Made by a program: the position numbers and the translations under genes. From an uncultured Gemmatimonadota bacterium (GTDB lineage: Bacteria; JAAXHH01), in assembly GCA_951812955.1 (NCBI GenBank), contig OX638340.1, positions 2,272,001 to 2,336,000 of the forward strand: a stretch of 64,000 bases of DNA. The letters run 5' to 3'. The notes below the pieces were generated by a model. The model was not told where the DNA came from, ran no database searches, and was given only the letters and a program-made list of their open reading frames with translations. This document shows positions 54,110 to 63,372 of the stretch, one piece after another; the stretch's first letter is position 1; every line of letters starts with the position of its first letter.

Positions 54110-55012
54110 ATGAAACCCCTTTGCCGGCTCCGGTTTGCCGCAAAGAACCTGTCCCGGTACCTGTCGCTCCTGTCGCTCAGACAGGCCACCGCGTCGATCT
54201 CCGTCCTGCTGCTGACGACCCTGGGTTGCGGAAGCGCCTTCCAGAATATCAACGTCCTCAGCGAGTCGGATGAAATAGCGCTCGGCCGCGAGTTTTCGAG
54301 AGAAATCGAAAGAGAGATCAAACTGTTCACGGACCCGGAGGTGGTCCGCTACGTCGACGAACTGGGGCAGACCCTCGTCCGGCATTCCAAACGGTCCAAT
54401 TTACAATACTACATAAAAGTCGTGGATACGGATGAAGTCAACGCCTTTGCCCTTCCCGGCGGCTTTCTCTATGTCAATCGGGGCCTCATCTCCTTAGCGA
54501 ACACCGAATCGGAACTGGCGGGGGTGATCTCCCACGAAATCGGGCACGTGGTGGGGCGTCACGGCGCCAAGGCCCTGACCCGGCAACTCGGGCTGGAGAT
54601 CGTGCTGGGCATGATATCGGGAAGGAACTCCACCGGCGTCCAGCGCGTCGCTTCGCAACTGGCGGGAATCGGCGGCATCCTCTCCATGTTGCACTACTCC
54701 CGGGAAGCGGAACGGGAAGCGGACGCCCTAGCGGTCGAGAACCTCCGGGAGGCCGGCTACGATCCCGATGGCGTCTCGGCGTTCTTCGAGAAGCTCCTGG
54801 AAATCAACGACCGTGAACCCGGCGCGCTGGCCCTGCTGTTCTCGACTCATCCACCGAGCAGGGAACGCATCGATCAAACCAGGAAACAGATCGCCGGACT
54901 ACCGGTCCTGGACGGACTGATTACCGATTCGGAACGGTTTCATCAGATCAAGAGCCGGCTGCCGCCGCTTAAGAAGAACCCGCTGGACAATGAAGTACCA
55001 ACTGGACAATAA
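54110..55012 (+). CDS. M48-family zinc metallopeptidase lipoprotein (BepA/YfgC-like catalytic domain)
   Basis: 300 aa. Lipobox LTTLGC. ...NAFALPGGFLYVNRGL... and HEIGHVVGRH zinc motif. Confidence 0.8.
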   Translation: MKPLCRLRFAAKNLSRYLSLLSLRQATASISVLLLTTLGCGSAFQNINVLSESDEIALGREFSREIEREIKLFTDPEVVRYVDELGQTLVRHSKRSNLQYYIKVVDTDEVNAFALPGGFLYVNRGLISLANTESELAGVISHEIGHVVGRHGAKALTRQLGLEIVLGMISGRNSTGVQRVASQLAGIGGILSMLHYSREAEREADALAVENLREAGYDPDGVSAFFEKLLEINDREPGALALLFSTHPPSRERIDQTRKQIAGLPVLDGLITDSERFHQIKSRLPPLKKNPLDNEVPTGQ

Positions 55013-55050
55013 GGAATAAGCGCAACCGCTCCGCACGCACCGATCAGCCC

Positions 55051-56244
55051 ATGCCGCCATCAAACCTCGAAAACAGCCCTGGCCTCCTCCTGCGTGGGGG
55101 GACCGTCGTGGACCCGTCGCAGGATCTGAACCGGGTATGCGATGTCTCCATTTGCGGCGGTTCGATTTCGGCCGTAGGCGACGGCCTGCCAGTGGAGGGC
55201 CGACGCGTCCTCGACGTATCCGGCCGCTACGTCTTTCCCGGACTGGTCGACCTGCACGCCCACATCTGCTGGGGATTCACCGACATCGGCCTGGTTCCCG
55301 ACGACGTCTGTCCCTCCACCGGCGTAACCGCTATCGTGGACGCCGGAAGCTCTAGCTGGCCCAGCCAGGAGGCCTTCCGCCGCAACGTTGCGGAACCTTC
55401 CAGGACCCGGGTTTTCGGCTTCTCCAACATCTCGAGCGTGGGCATCCCGACGGCGGGCACTCCCGAACTGGCCAGCCTGCGGTTCGTGGACGTGGACCGT
55501 TCCGTGACCGCCGTAGCCGGCAATCGGGACCTGATGACCGGTATCAAGGTAAGACAGGGCCGGCACCTGGTGGGCGACAATGGCGTCGAGCCGACGCGCC
55601 TGGCGGTAGAGGCCGCCGAACAGCTCGGCGTCCCGGTCATGGTCCACGTGGGCAATACGCCGTGTCCCCTCGGCGGCATTATGGACCTGCTTCGGCCAGG
55701 CGACATCATCACGCACGCCTATCACGGCCATCCCCACGGCATTCTGGACGACCACCGGGCCATTTGGGAGGACGTCATCGAGGGACGTTCCCGGGGCATC
55801 CTGATGGACGTGGGACACGGCGCAGGCAGTTTCAGCTTCGACGTGGCCAAAGCGGCCTTCGAGCGGGGGTTCTTCCCGGACGCCATCAGCACGGACCTGT
55901 ACACCGTAAACGTCAATGGCCCGGTTTTCGACTTGCCGACCACCATGTCCAAGATGCTTAACCTGGGCATGCCCCTCACGGACATCGTGGAGAGTACGAC
56001 CACCATACCGGCCGCGGCGATCGGGCGCACGGAACTCGGCACGCTCCGGCCGGGCGCGTCGGCCGACGTGGCGGTCTTCGTAAAGGAGGAGGGCGAGTTC
56101 GAATTCACCGATTCGCACGGGGAACGCCGGATATGGCCGCGGCGCCTGGCCTGTGAAATGACCCTGCTGGACGGGGAGATCGTATTTGACCGGGAACGAT
56201 CCGCACGTCCGTCATTGGACGTCAACAACGGGGAAAACGCGTAA
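55051..56244 (+). CDS. amidohydrolase-superfamily metallohydrolase (dihydroorotase/deacetylase-like)
   Basis: 397 aa: ...LLRGGTVVDPS...VFPGLVDLHAHI..., ...VMVHVGN..., ...ITHAYHG..., ...ISTDLY.... Confidence 0.75.
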   Translation: MPPSNLENSPGLLLRGGTVVDPSQDLNRVCDVSICGGSISAVGDGLPVEGRRVLDVSGRYVFPGLVDLHAHICWGFTDIGLVPDDVCPSTGVTAIVDAGSSSWPSQEAFRRNVAEPSRTRVFGFSNISSVGIPTAGTPELASLRFVDVDRSVTAVAGNRDLMTGIKVRQGRHLVGDNGVEPTRLAVEAAEQLGVPVMVHVGNTPCPLGGIMDLLRPGDIITHAYHGHPHGILDDHRAIWEDVIEGRSRGILMDVGHGAGSFSFDVAKAAFERGFFPDAISTDLYTVNVNGPVFDLPTTMSKMLNLGMPLTDIVESTTTIPAAAIGRTELGTLRPGASADVAVFVKEEGEFEFTDSHGERRIWPRRLACEMTLLDGEIVFDRERSARPSLDVNNGENA

Positions 56245-56879
56245 TGAAAACCAGATACTGGGTGGGCGGTTGTCTATCCGCGATCATTCTGCTCGCCGTA
56301 ATCGCAGGCGCAACCTACTATTTTCTCCTCCAGGCGAGCGATGAACTGGTCGAGACTTACACGAGTCCGGAGCCCCGCGATTTCTCCCGCACTGAGTCCC
56401 GTGTAGAGAAGGGTCGGGAAGAAGCGCTGTCGGCAATCGAACGGTTCAGGGATTTCATCTTTGCGCTTGAGACGGGCGAAGATACCGAAAGCTTTTCGCT
56501 GTCTGCGGACGATATCAATGCCCTCCTCGAGCAAGAGGATCTGTTCAAAGAAATCCACGGGATGGCGCGCGTGGACATCCAGGATGACAAGCTTCAGGCC
56601 GAGATCAGCGTGCCCCTCGGCTTGTTCAACGATCGATTCGAAGGCCAATACCTGAACGGTACAGGCGAACTCTCCATCGAGATGAAGGACGACCGGCTGG
56701 AGGTCACCATCGACCGGCTGGAGGTCGGCGGCAGAGACATTCCTGCAGAATTCATGAATGAAATCCGTAAAAACAACCTGGTGGAAACCCTGTACCGGGA
56801 GCCGGCTCTGGATCGATTTCTACAAATGGTGAAGGACGTGAAGATCGAAGACGGCCGGCTCGTTATCCAACCCAGGTAG
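56244..56879 (+). CDS. hypothetical membrane-anchored protein
   Basis: 211 aa. One N-terminal TM segment (WVGGCLSAIILLAVIAGATYYFLL). The ATG overlaps the upstream stop (ATGA). No family recognised. Confidence 0.55.
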   Translation: MKTRYWVGGCLSAIILLAVIAGATYYFLLQASDELVETYTSPEPRDFSRTESRVEKGREEALSAIERFRDFIFALETGEDTESFSLSADDINALLEQEDLFKEIHGMARVDIQDDKLQAEISVPLGLFNDRFEGQYLNGTGELSIEMKDDRLEVTIDRLEVGGRDIPAEFMNEIRKNNLVETLYREPALDRFLQMVKDVKIEDGRLVIQPR

Positions 56880-56911
56880 GATCCGGACCCTCGCGCCGTG
56901 GAAACAACGCC

Positions 56912-57757
56912 ATGCCCATCCTCCTCGCCATCGCCCTGCACGCGGAAGCGCGGCCTGTGATCGAGCGATTCCGATTGAAGCAGGACGCATCCTTCGACCT
57001 GCCCGTTTTCCGGCGGGACGAGGTCTGGCTTACCGTGACCGGTACGGGACGCATGAAGTCCGCCATCGCGACCACCTGCCTGGTCACCCGGATTGAAAGA
57101 GATGAGCGAACGGTCATCTTCAACCTCGGCGTCGCCGGCCATACGCAGAAGGCGGAGGAGGGACCCGTCAAGGTCGGGGACCGGTTCCTCGCGAACAAGA
57201 TCACGGAGCAAAGCACCGGCCGATCCTTCTATCCCGACCTGCTGGCGAGGACGCCCCTGGCGGAATCCGCGGTCACGACCGTGGAACGTCCCCTGGACCG
57301 GGCGGACGCCGGCGCCGTCGAGCCGGGCCTGGCCGACATGGAAGCGGCCGGATTCTTCCAGGCGGCGGCGACCTTCCTCCCGCCCCACCGGATCGGCTGC
57401 GTCAAGGTCGTTTCCGACCACCTGGAAACGAGACGCTTCGACAAGGACTGGATAAGTGAACTGATCGCGGGATCCCTGGACGATTTCGAGGCAGCGATCG
57501 CGGCTTACAGGACGATCTCCGACGGGGAACCGGACGCGTTGACCGACGCGGACGTGCGCGTCGTGGAAGACATCCGCGACCGGCTGCGACTGACGGCCAG
57601 CCGGCACCGGATGCTGTCCGACCTGGTGCGGTCTTACAAGCTACACACCGGCTCGGACCTGCCTGACCTCACACGGATCTCCCAGGTCTCCGTCAAGACG
57701 AAACAGGAAGGCGATGCAGAATTTGAAAGACTACGCGGCATCCTCTCGGTGGAATAA
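56912..57757 (+). CDS. PNP_UDP-type nucleosidase/phosphorylase-like protein (MTAN/MqnB/HpnG-like N-terminal domain) with extra ~90-aa C-terminal domain
   Basis: 281 aa. MPILLAIALHAEARPVIERF...VWLTVTGTGRMKSAIATTCL...FNLGVAGH...ADMEAAGFFQAA...VKVVSDH follows the nucleoside phosphorylase-I fold pattern. Called by eye only. Confidence 0.5.
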   Translation: MPILLAIALHAEARPVIERFRLKQDASFDLPVFRRDEVWLTVTGTGRMKSAIATTCLVTRIERDERTVIFNLGVAGHTQKAEEGPVKVGDRFLANKITEQSTGRSFYPDLLARTPLAESAVTTVERPLDRADAGAVEPGLADMEAAGFFQAAATFLPPHRIGCVKVVSDHLETRRFDKDWISELIAGSLDDFEAAIAAYRTISDGEPDALTDADVRVVEDIRDRLRLTASRHRMLSDLVRSYKLHTGSDLPDLTRISQVSVKTKQEGDAEFERLRGILSVE

Positions 57758-58754
57758 CTTCTCCCACCTCTATGTCGAGCGCGGCGCAGACGAATACTCG
57801 CTCACCCGGCGCATACGGGATCGTTTTTCGAAAGCCCGCGTGGTGGAGATCGACGACTACAAGGCGGTCTTCGCCCGGCCGCGTCAGCGGTTCCAGGCAC
57901 AAAAGGAGACCATGAAACTGATCCTGGCCGTGAAGAAGGACCGGTTCCTGTACGAAGGGTCGGGGAACAGCCAGAACTTCAACCTCGAGGATTTCTACTA
58001 CAACACGCTTATGTTCAATTGCGTGTACAACTGCGACTACTGCTACCTGCAGGGCATGTATCCATCGGCGAATATCGTGGTTTTCGTGAACCTGGAGGAC
58101 TACTTTAAGGCGACGCGCAGGGCCATACGCGAGAGGTCGAACCCCTCGCAGCCGTTTTACCTGTGTATCTCTTACGACACCGACCTGCTCGCTTTCGAGT
58201 CGGTCGTGCCCTATTGCCGCGCCTGGATAGAATTCGCCCGCGAGGAGCCGGACCTGCTCGTTGAAATCCGTACCAAGAGCGCCGCGTACCGCGCCATCGG
58301 GGACCTGTCGCCTTCAGAACGCGTCATCCTGGCGTGGACCCTGTCCCCCGAACCGGTCGCCGCACGCTTCGAACACGGGACGGCGCCGCTCAATCAGAGG
58401 CTGGACGCCGCCCGGTCGGCCATTGACGACGGCTGGCCGGTCCGTCTCTGCTTCGACCCGGTCCTCGCCGTTCCGTCCTGGGAGTCCGTTTACGGAGACC
58501 TGGTCGAGGAGGTCGTCCGGCGGATCGAGCCGGCCGCCGTTCGAGACGTGACCGTGGGCGTCTTCCGATTGTCGAAGATCCATTATCAGCGCATGAGACG
58601 TTTGCGGCGGGATACGCCGCTTCTGTACGACGAATACGTACAGGAGGGCACGACCGTGACCTACACGGCCGAACGGCGGGAGGAGATGACCGCCTTCATG
58701 CGGCAGCGCCTGGGAGACCACTTCGAAGAGGAGCGAATCGTCACATGGACGTAG
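57714..58754 (+). CDS. radical SAM enzyme of the spore-photoproduct-lyase (SplB-like) family
   Basis: 346 aa. N-terminal ...FSHLYVERGADEYSLTRRIRDRFSKARVVEIDDYKAVFARPRQRFQAQK...LILAVKK... resembles SPL-family N-termini. CxxxCxxC cluster CVYNCDYC. The start overlaps the upstream gene by 44 nt. Confidence 0.65.
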   Translation: MQNLKDYAASSRWNNFSHLYVERGADEYSLTRRIRDRFSKARVVEIDDYKAVFARPRQRFQAQKETMKLILAVKKDRFLYEGSGNSQNFNLEDFYYNTLMFNCVYNCDYCYLQGMYPSANIVVFVNLEDYFKATRRAIRERSNPSQPFYLCISYDTDLLAFESVVPYCRAWIEFAREEPDLLVEIRTKSAAYRAIGDLSPSERVILAWTLSPEPVAARFEHGTAPLNQRLDAARSAIDDGWPVRLCFDPVLAVPSWESVYGDLVEEVVRRIEPAAVRDVTVGVFRLSKIHYQRMRRLRRDTPLLYDEYVQEGTTVTYTAERREEMTAFMRQRLGDHFEEERIVTWT

Positions 58755-59464
58755 CACTGGTCACCGGCGCTTCATCCGGAATCGGCCTGGCCATCGCCGC
58801 GCGCCTGGTCGAGTCGGGCTACAACGTATACGGGTATGCCCGCGACCACGGGAAGACCTCCTACCGCCACGCCCGGTACAAACCCGTCGAATGTGACGTG
58901 ACCGATACCCGGGTGCTGCTGGATCGCACCGAGGATTTGCTCAAGGAAACCGGGGGACTGAAGGTCCTGGTCAACAACGCCGGTGTGGGGTTCTTCGGTC
59001 CCCATGCCACCATGGCGCCCGGGCGGATAGAAACCATGGTGCGGACCAACCTGATCGCGCCCATGGTCCTGACCCGGGCGACCCTGCGGCACCTGGAGGC
59101 CTCGCGGGGGTATGTCGTCAACATCGCTTCCACCGCCGCGTTGAATCCCGGTCCCTTCGGCGCGGCCTACGGCGCCACGAAGGCCGGCCTCCACCAGTTC
59201 GGCCAGGCGCTCTTCAGCGAGGTGCGGAAGAGCGGCGTCCGGGTGGTGACCCTGTACCCGGACATGACACGGACGCCGTTTTACGACGGGGCCGACTTCG
59301 AACCCGGCGAGGAACCCGGCACCCACATCACGCCCGAGTGCGTGGCCGACGCCGTTGCACAGGCCGTGGACCAGCGGGAGGGGACGGTGATCACGCAGAT
59401 CGTCATCAGGCCTCAGCGGACGCAAGTCGTCCGCAAGGGAAAGCCGCGGCGGGAGAAGGATTAA
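58745..59464 (+). CDS. short-chain dehydrogenase/reductase (SDR)
   Basis: 239 aa: MDVALVTGASSGIGLAIA..., ...NNAG..., ...YGATKAG.... Overlaps the radical SAM gene by 10 nt. Confidence 0.85.
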   Translation: MDVALVTGASSGIGLAIAARLVESGYNVYGYARDHGKTSYRHARYKPVECDVTDTRVLLDRTEDLLKETGGLKVLVNNAGVGFFGPHATMAPGRIETMVRTNLIAPMVLTRATLRHLEASRGYVVNIASTAALNPGPFGAAYGATKAGLHQFGQALFSEVRKSGVRVVTLYPDMTRTPFYDGADFEPGEEPGTHITPECVADAVAQAVDQREGTVITQIVIRPQRTQVVRKGKPRREKD

Positions 59465-59632
59465 GCGTCCGTCGGCTCAAGCAGCGGAATGGACTGCCCC
59501 GTGAAACCGCGCGAAACCATGCCAACGAATCCGCGCAAACGAGATTCCGCAAACGAACGAAATCCCCTGGCCCGGTGTTTTGGCACATGAATGAATTGCC
59601 CATCCGGTAGCTCATTTGCGAAAGGAACATTC

Positions 59633-60445
59633 ATGCCCTACATATCCTCCCTCCACGTCTATCCCATCAAGTCCTGCGCCGGACACGAGGTAAATCGGGC
59701 GGAGCTTGACGCCCGGGGGATCCTCTACGACCGGTCGTGGATCGTCGTCGGCAGTGGCGGCGGAATGCTCACCCAGCGCGACACGCCCGCCCTGGCGCTC
59801 GTTCGGCCTGCCGTGGAAAACGGCGGGCTGGTCCTTTCGGCACCGGGGATGGAGGACCTCGCGGTGCCGCGAACCGAGGAGGGCAATATACGGAACGTGG
59901 AAGTATGGGGAGATGCCTGCGACGGGATCGACCAGGGCGACGACGCGGCGGACTGGTTCAGCTCGTACCTAGACACTGCCAGCCGCCTGCTGTATTTCAA
60001 ACCGGGCTTCGTGCGTCCCGTAGACCCGGATTACGCGACCCGGCCAGGCGACCAGGTGGGCTTCGCGGACGGCTTTCCGCTGTTGATGATCTCCGAAGCC
60101 TCCCTGGCGGACCTGAATGCGCGGCTCGCATCGCCTGTCCGCATGAACCGCTTCAGACCCAATGTCGTCGTGGCAGACTGTCCGCCCTACGCGGAGGACA
60201 CGTGGAAGCACGTTCGCGCAGGGAACCTGGAACTCGACCTGGTAAAACCCTGCGGCCGGTGCGCCACGATCCTAGTGGAGCAGGAGAGCGGGACACCGGG
60301 CAAGGAACCGCTGCGCACGCTGGCGACCTACCGCAAACTCGGTCGGCCAACCCCGTCTTTCGGCCATAACGCCGTGCACCGGTCGCCCGGCGTGTTGGAA
60401 GCGGGCATGGCCATTCAGATTCTCGACATGCGGCAGAGCGCATAA
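59633..60445 (+). CDS. MOSC-domain protein (N-terminal beta-barrel + MOSC)
   Basis: Start at MPYISSLHVYPIKSCAG.... ...FADGFPLLMISEASL..., ...RFRPNVVV..., ...KPCGRCA.... Confidence 0.8.
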   Translation: MPYISSLHVYPIKSCAGHEVNRAELDARGILYDRSWIVVGSGGGMLTQRDTPALALVRPAVENGGLVLSAPGMEDLAVPRTEEGNIRNVEVWGDACDGIDQGDDAADWFSSYLDTASRLLYFKPGFVRPVDPDYATRPGDQVGFADGFPLLMISEASLADLNARLASPVRMNRFRPNVVVADCPPYAEDTWKHVRAGNLELDLVKPCGRCATILVEQESGTPGKEPLRTLATYRKLGRPTPSFGHNAVHRSPGVLEAGMAIQILDMRQSA

Positions 60446-60465
60446 TAGTCAAGGAGGAGGACCCT

Positions 60466-61911
60466 TTGAGTCAGCGTGTAATCGCCATGCCGGCCGGCCG
60501 TTGCGATCTGGGCTTCGCACGGATCGATATCACCCCGCCCGAGGGGATATACCACCGCAGCTGGGGCGCGGCGAAGCATGACGCGTCCACGGGCGCACAC
60601 CGGGAACTGACCGCTTCCGCGCTGGTCTTCGTGGATCCCGGTTCGGGGGTGGAACACGCCCTCGTCGTCCTCGAACTGGGCTGGCTGCAGGCCGTCGACC
60701 TGCAGCGTCTTTCGGATACCGTCTCTTCCGGTTCGGGCCTGCCCGCCGAACGCGTCGTCATCACCTTCTCCCATACCCACGCCGCGGGCAACTACGATCC
60801 GGATCGACTGGAGCACGAGGGCGGCGCGCTGATCCCGGGATACCTGGACGAACTCGGCAAGGGACTGGCCGGCCTCGTGGAAGATGCCAGGGCCGCCGTG
60901 CTGCCGGTCGACCTGGCCTTCGGGCTCGGCCGCTGCGACCTGGCGTTTAACCGTGACTACTGGGACGCGGAAAACCGGCTGTATGCCTGCGGGACCAACC
61001 CGGAACGAGCCGCCGACGACACGGTCGTGGTCACGCGCGCCAGCGACCGGGAAGGCGGGTTGGTCGTCACCCTCGTCAACTATGGCTGCCATCCCACGAC
61101 CCTGGCCTGGGACAATACGCTGATCAGCCCCGACTACCCCGGCGCCATGCGGGAGGTCGTGGAACGGGAAACCGGCGCGCCCTGCGTGTTCATGCTGGGC
61201 GCAAGCGGCGATCTCGGTCCGCGGTACGGGTTCGTGGGCGAAACGGCGGCGGCGGACCGGAACGGCCGTCAGCTGGGCTATGCCGCGCTGTCGGCCATGG
61301 AGTCCCTGCTGCCTGACGGCTCAGAAATGCATTACGACGGCCCCGTGATATCGGGCGCCACCATAGGGGTCTGGCTACACAGCCCCATGGATGCCGGACG
61401 CGCCCGGCGGCTCGAAACCTTCGACTCCTCCGTGATGACGCTGGACCTGCCCCTGCTGGACCTGCCCACGCAGGCGGAACTGGACCGGCAGCTTGCCGAA
61501 TGGATGTCCCGCGAAGAAACCGCCAGGCGGGACGGGCGAAACCGGGAAGCCGCCGATTGTCGCGCCCGCATTGAACGGGTTCGGCGGACCATGCGGCGCG
61601 TCGAAAGCATTCCGCCGGACAGAAAGTCCGCCCCCTACGGTGTCACGCTCTGGCGCATCGGCGAAAGCGTCCTCGTGCTGGTCAGCGGCGAACCCTACAG
61701 CGTGTTCCAGCGCGAACTCAGGGCGCGCTTTCCGGCTACCGCCATCGTCGTGGTCGTCCTGTGCAACAGGGGAACGGGCGGTTACCTGCTGCCCGCGGAC
61801 GACTACGGCAAGGGCCTCTACCAGGAAGAGGCCGCGTCGATCGGTCCGGGCGGGCTCGAAGCGGCGACCGACGCGATTGCGCGGCAGCTTGCAGCCTGGG
61901 GCCTGAAGTAG
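60466..61911 (+). CDS. hypothetical hydrolase, neutral/alkaline-ceramidase-like N-terminal pattern
   Basis: 481 aa. ...ARIDITPPEG..., ...FSHTHAAG..., ...LVNYGCHPTTL..., ...SPDYPGAM... resemble the ceramidase_alk-type superfamily. Tentative. Confidence 0.4.
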   Translation: MSQRVIAMPAGRCDLGFARIDITPPEGIYHRSWGAAKHDASTGAHRELTASALVFVDPGSGVEHALVVLELGWLQAVDLQRLSDTVSSGSGLPAERVVITFSHTHAAGNYDPDRLEHEGGALIPGYLDELGKGLAGLVEDARAAVLPVDLAFGLGRCDLAFNRDYWDAENRLYACGTNPERAADDTVVVTRASDREGGLVVTLVNYGCHPTTLAWDNTLISPDYPGAMREVVERETGAPCVFMLGASGDLGPRYGFVGETAAADRNGRQLGYAALSAMESLLPDGSEMHYDGPVISGATIGVWLHSPMDAGRARRLETFDSSVMTLDLPLLDLPTQAELDRQLAEWMSREETARRDGRNREAADCRARIERVRRTMRRVESIPPDRKSAPYGVTLWRIGESVLVLVSGEPYSVFQRELRARFPATAIVVVVLCNRGTGGYLLPADDYGKGLYQEEAASIGPGGLEAATDAIARQLAAWGLK

Positions 61912-62003
61912 CAGGATGCCCGTCCCCGAGGGCGTCTACGGCCGGGACGGGGCGCAACCAATCGGAACCTGGAACAGGATGCAGATCAGACAGGAGCGGT
62001 GAC

Positions 62004-63146
62004 ATGGCAGCAGGCAACACGGTAGAAGGCAACACGGCAGAAGGCAACATGACAACAGGCAACTTACGTATCGGGCTCATCGGGCTCGGAACGGTGTGCG
62101 AATACGTGCATTACCCTGGGTTCTCCCGTATTCCGGGCGTGGAAATCGCCGGGCTGTGCGAGGTGGACGGGGATCTGCTGGCCCGCAGACAGGCACAGTG
62201 GGGCGTCGCGGATGGTTTCACGGACGTGGACCGGTTCCTGGCCACCGTCAAACCGGACGCCGTGGCCGTCGCCGTGCCGAACGTGTATCACCGCGATATC
62301 GTGATTAAATCCGTCGAGGCGGGTTGTCACGTGCTCTGTGAAAAACCCATCGGCATGACCGTAGCGGAGACCGTGGATATGTACGTATCCGCCAGAAACG
62401 CAGGCGTTCGCCACATGACCGCCTTTACCTACCGGTTCGTACCGGGCATGCGCTACCTGAAGCACCTGGTCGACGAAGGGCAACTCGGCGAGATACGCCA
62501 CGCGCGCTTCCAGCGCCTCCAGGACTGGGGCGAACATTCCGTGGGATGGCGCCAGTACCGGCGCATGGCCGCCACGGGGGAACTCGGGGACATGGGCATA
62601 CACCGCATCGACTTCGCCGAGGACCTGCTCGGTCCGATCAAGTCGGTGTGCGCGTCACTGAAGCAGGTCATTCCCCGGGACCGGACGGAGGACGGAAGGC
62701 CCTGCGAACCGCAGGACGTGGAGGACTGGGTCGCCTGGATCGCCGAATTCGAATCGGGGACCACGGGCGTATTCGAGATGGGAAAACTGACCAAGGGCCA
62801 CGGGCCCGGGGGTGATCACGACATCTGCGAGTTGAACGGGACCATCGGATCCGCCGCCTACCGGCTTCACACGCCCTGTGCCATCCTGGCCGGTCCGCGC
62901 CGCGCCAGATACCGGAGACGCCGTGTGCCTGCGGGCTTCCTCACCGTGCCCGGTTCTCCCCGCGACCCGAAAGAAGGCGATCCTGCACAGACTTTTCGTT
63001 TCGACCAGGCCTGGGAGTTCGTCTGTGCCATCCGCGAGGAACGGGACTGCGTGCCTTCCTTCTACCACGGCATGCGCGCACAGGTCGTCGCGGAGGCTAT
63101 CCTCGAGGCGGCCGAGTCCCGGAGGTGGGTGGACGTGCCGGCTTGA
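62004..63146 (+). CDS. Gfo/Idh/MocA-family NAD(P)-dependent oxidoreductase
   Basis: Start at the ATG after CAGGAG (alternative 62049). ...LRIGLIGLGTVCEYVHYPGF..., ...HVLCEKPIGMTVAE.... The N-terminus has a 15-nt repeat (GNTVE/GNTAE/GNMTT). Confidence 0.8.
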   Translation: MAAGNTVEGNTAEGNMTTGNLRIGLIGLGTVCEYVHYPGFSRIPGVEIAGLCEVDGDLLARRQAQWGVADGFTDVDRFLATVKPDAVAVAVPNVYHRDIVIKSVEAGCHVLCEKPIGMTVAETVDMYVSARNAGVRHMTAFTYRFVPGMRYLKHLVDEGQLGEIRHARFQRLQDWGEHSVGWRQYRRMAATGELGDMGIHRIDFAEDLLGPIKSVCASLKQVIPRDRTEDGRPCEPQDVEDWVAWIAEFESGTTGVFEMGKLTKGHGPGGDHDICELNGTIGSAAYRLHTPCAILAGPRRARYRRRRVPAGFLTVPGSPRDPKEGDPAQTFRFDQAWEFVCAIREERDCVPSFYHGMRAQVVAEAILEAAESRRWVDVPA

Positions 63147-63372
63147 ACCGGTATCGGGCCGGTCCGCCTGCCGGACAGGCTGAAATCCCACACCACCGAA
63201 TTTTCATTTCATCGTCATGGTTTCGTCATACTTGGCCCTTATCTTACGACCGTTCTGACGATGGGACACATAGTCCCGGCACAAGCCGGGCATAGTGACC
63301 ACAGATATCGCAGGGTGCCCGTGACCGTTGGGTACCCGATTGTCCTGACGGGTCAATTTTGGAGGAGAAGCC

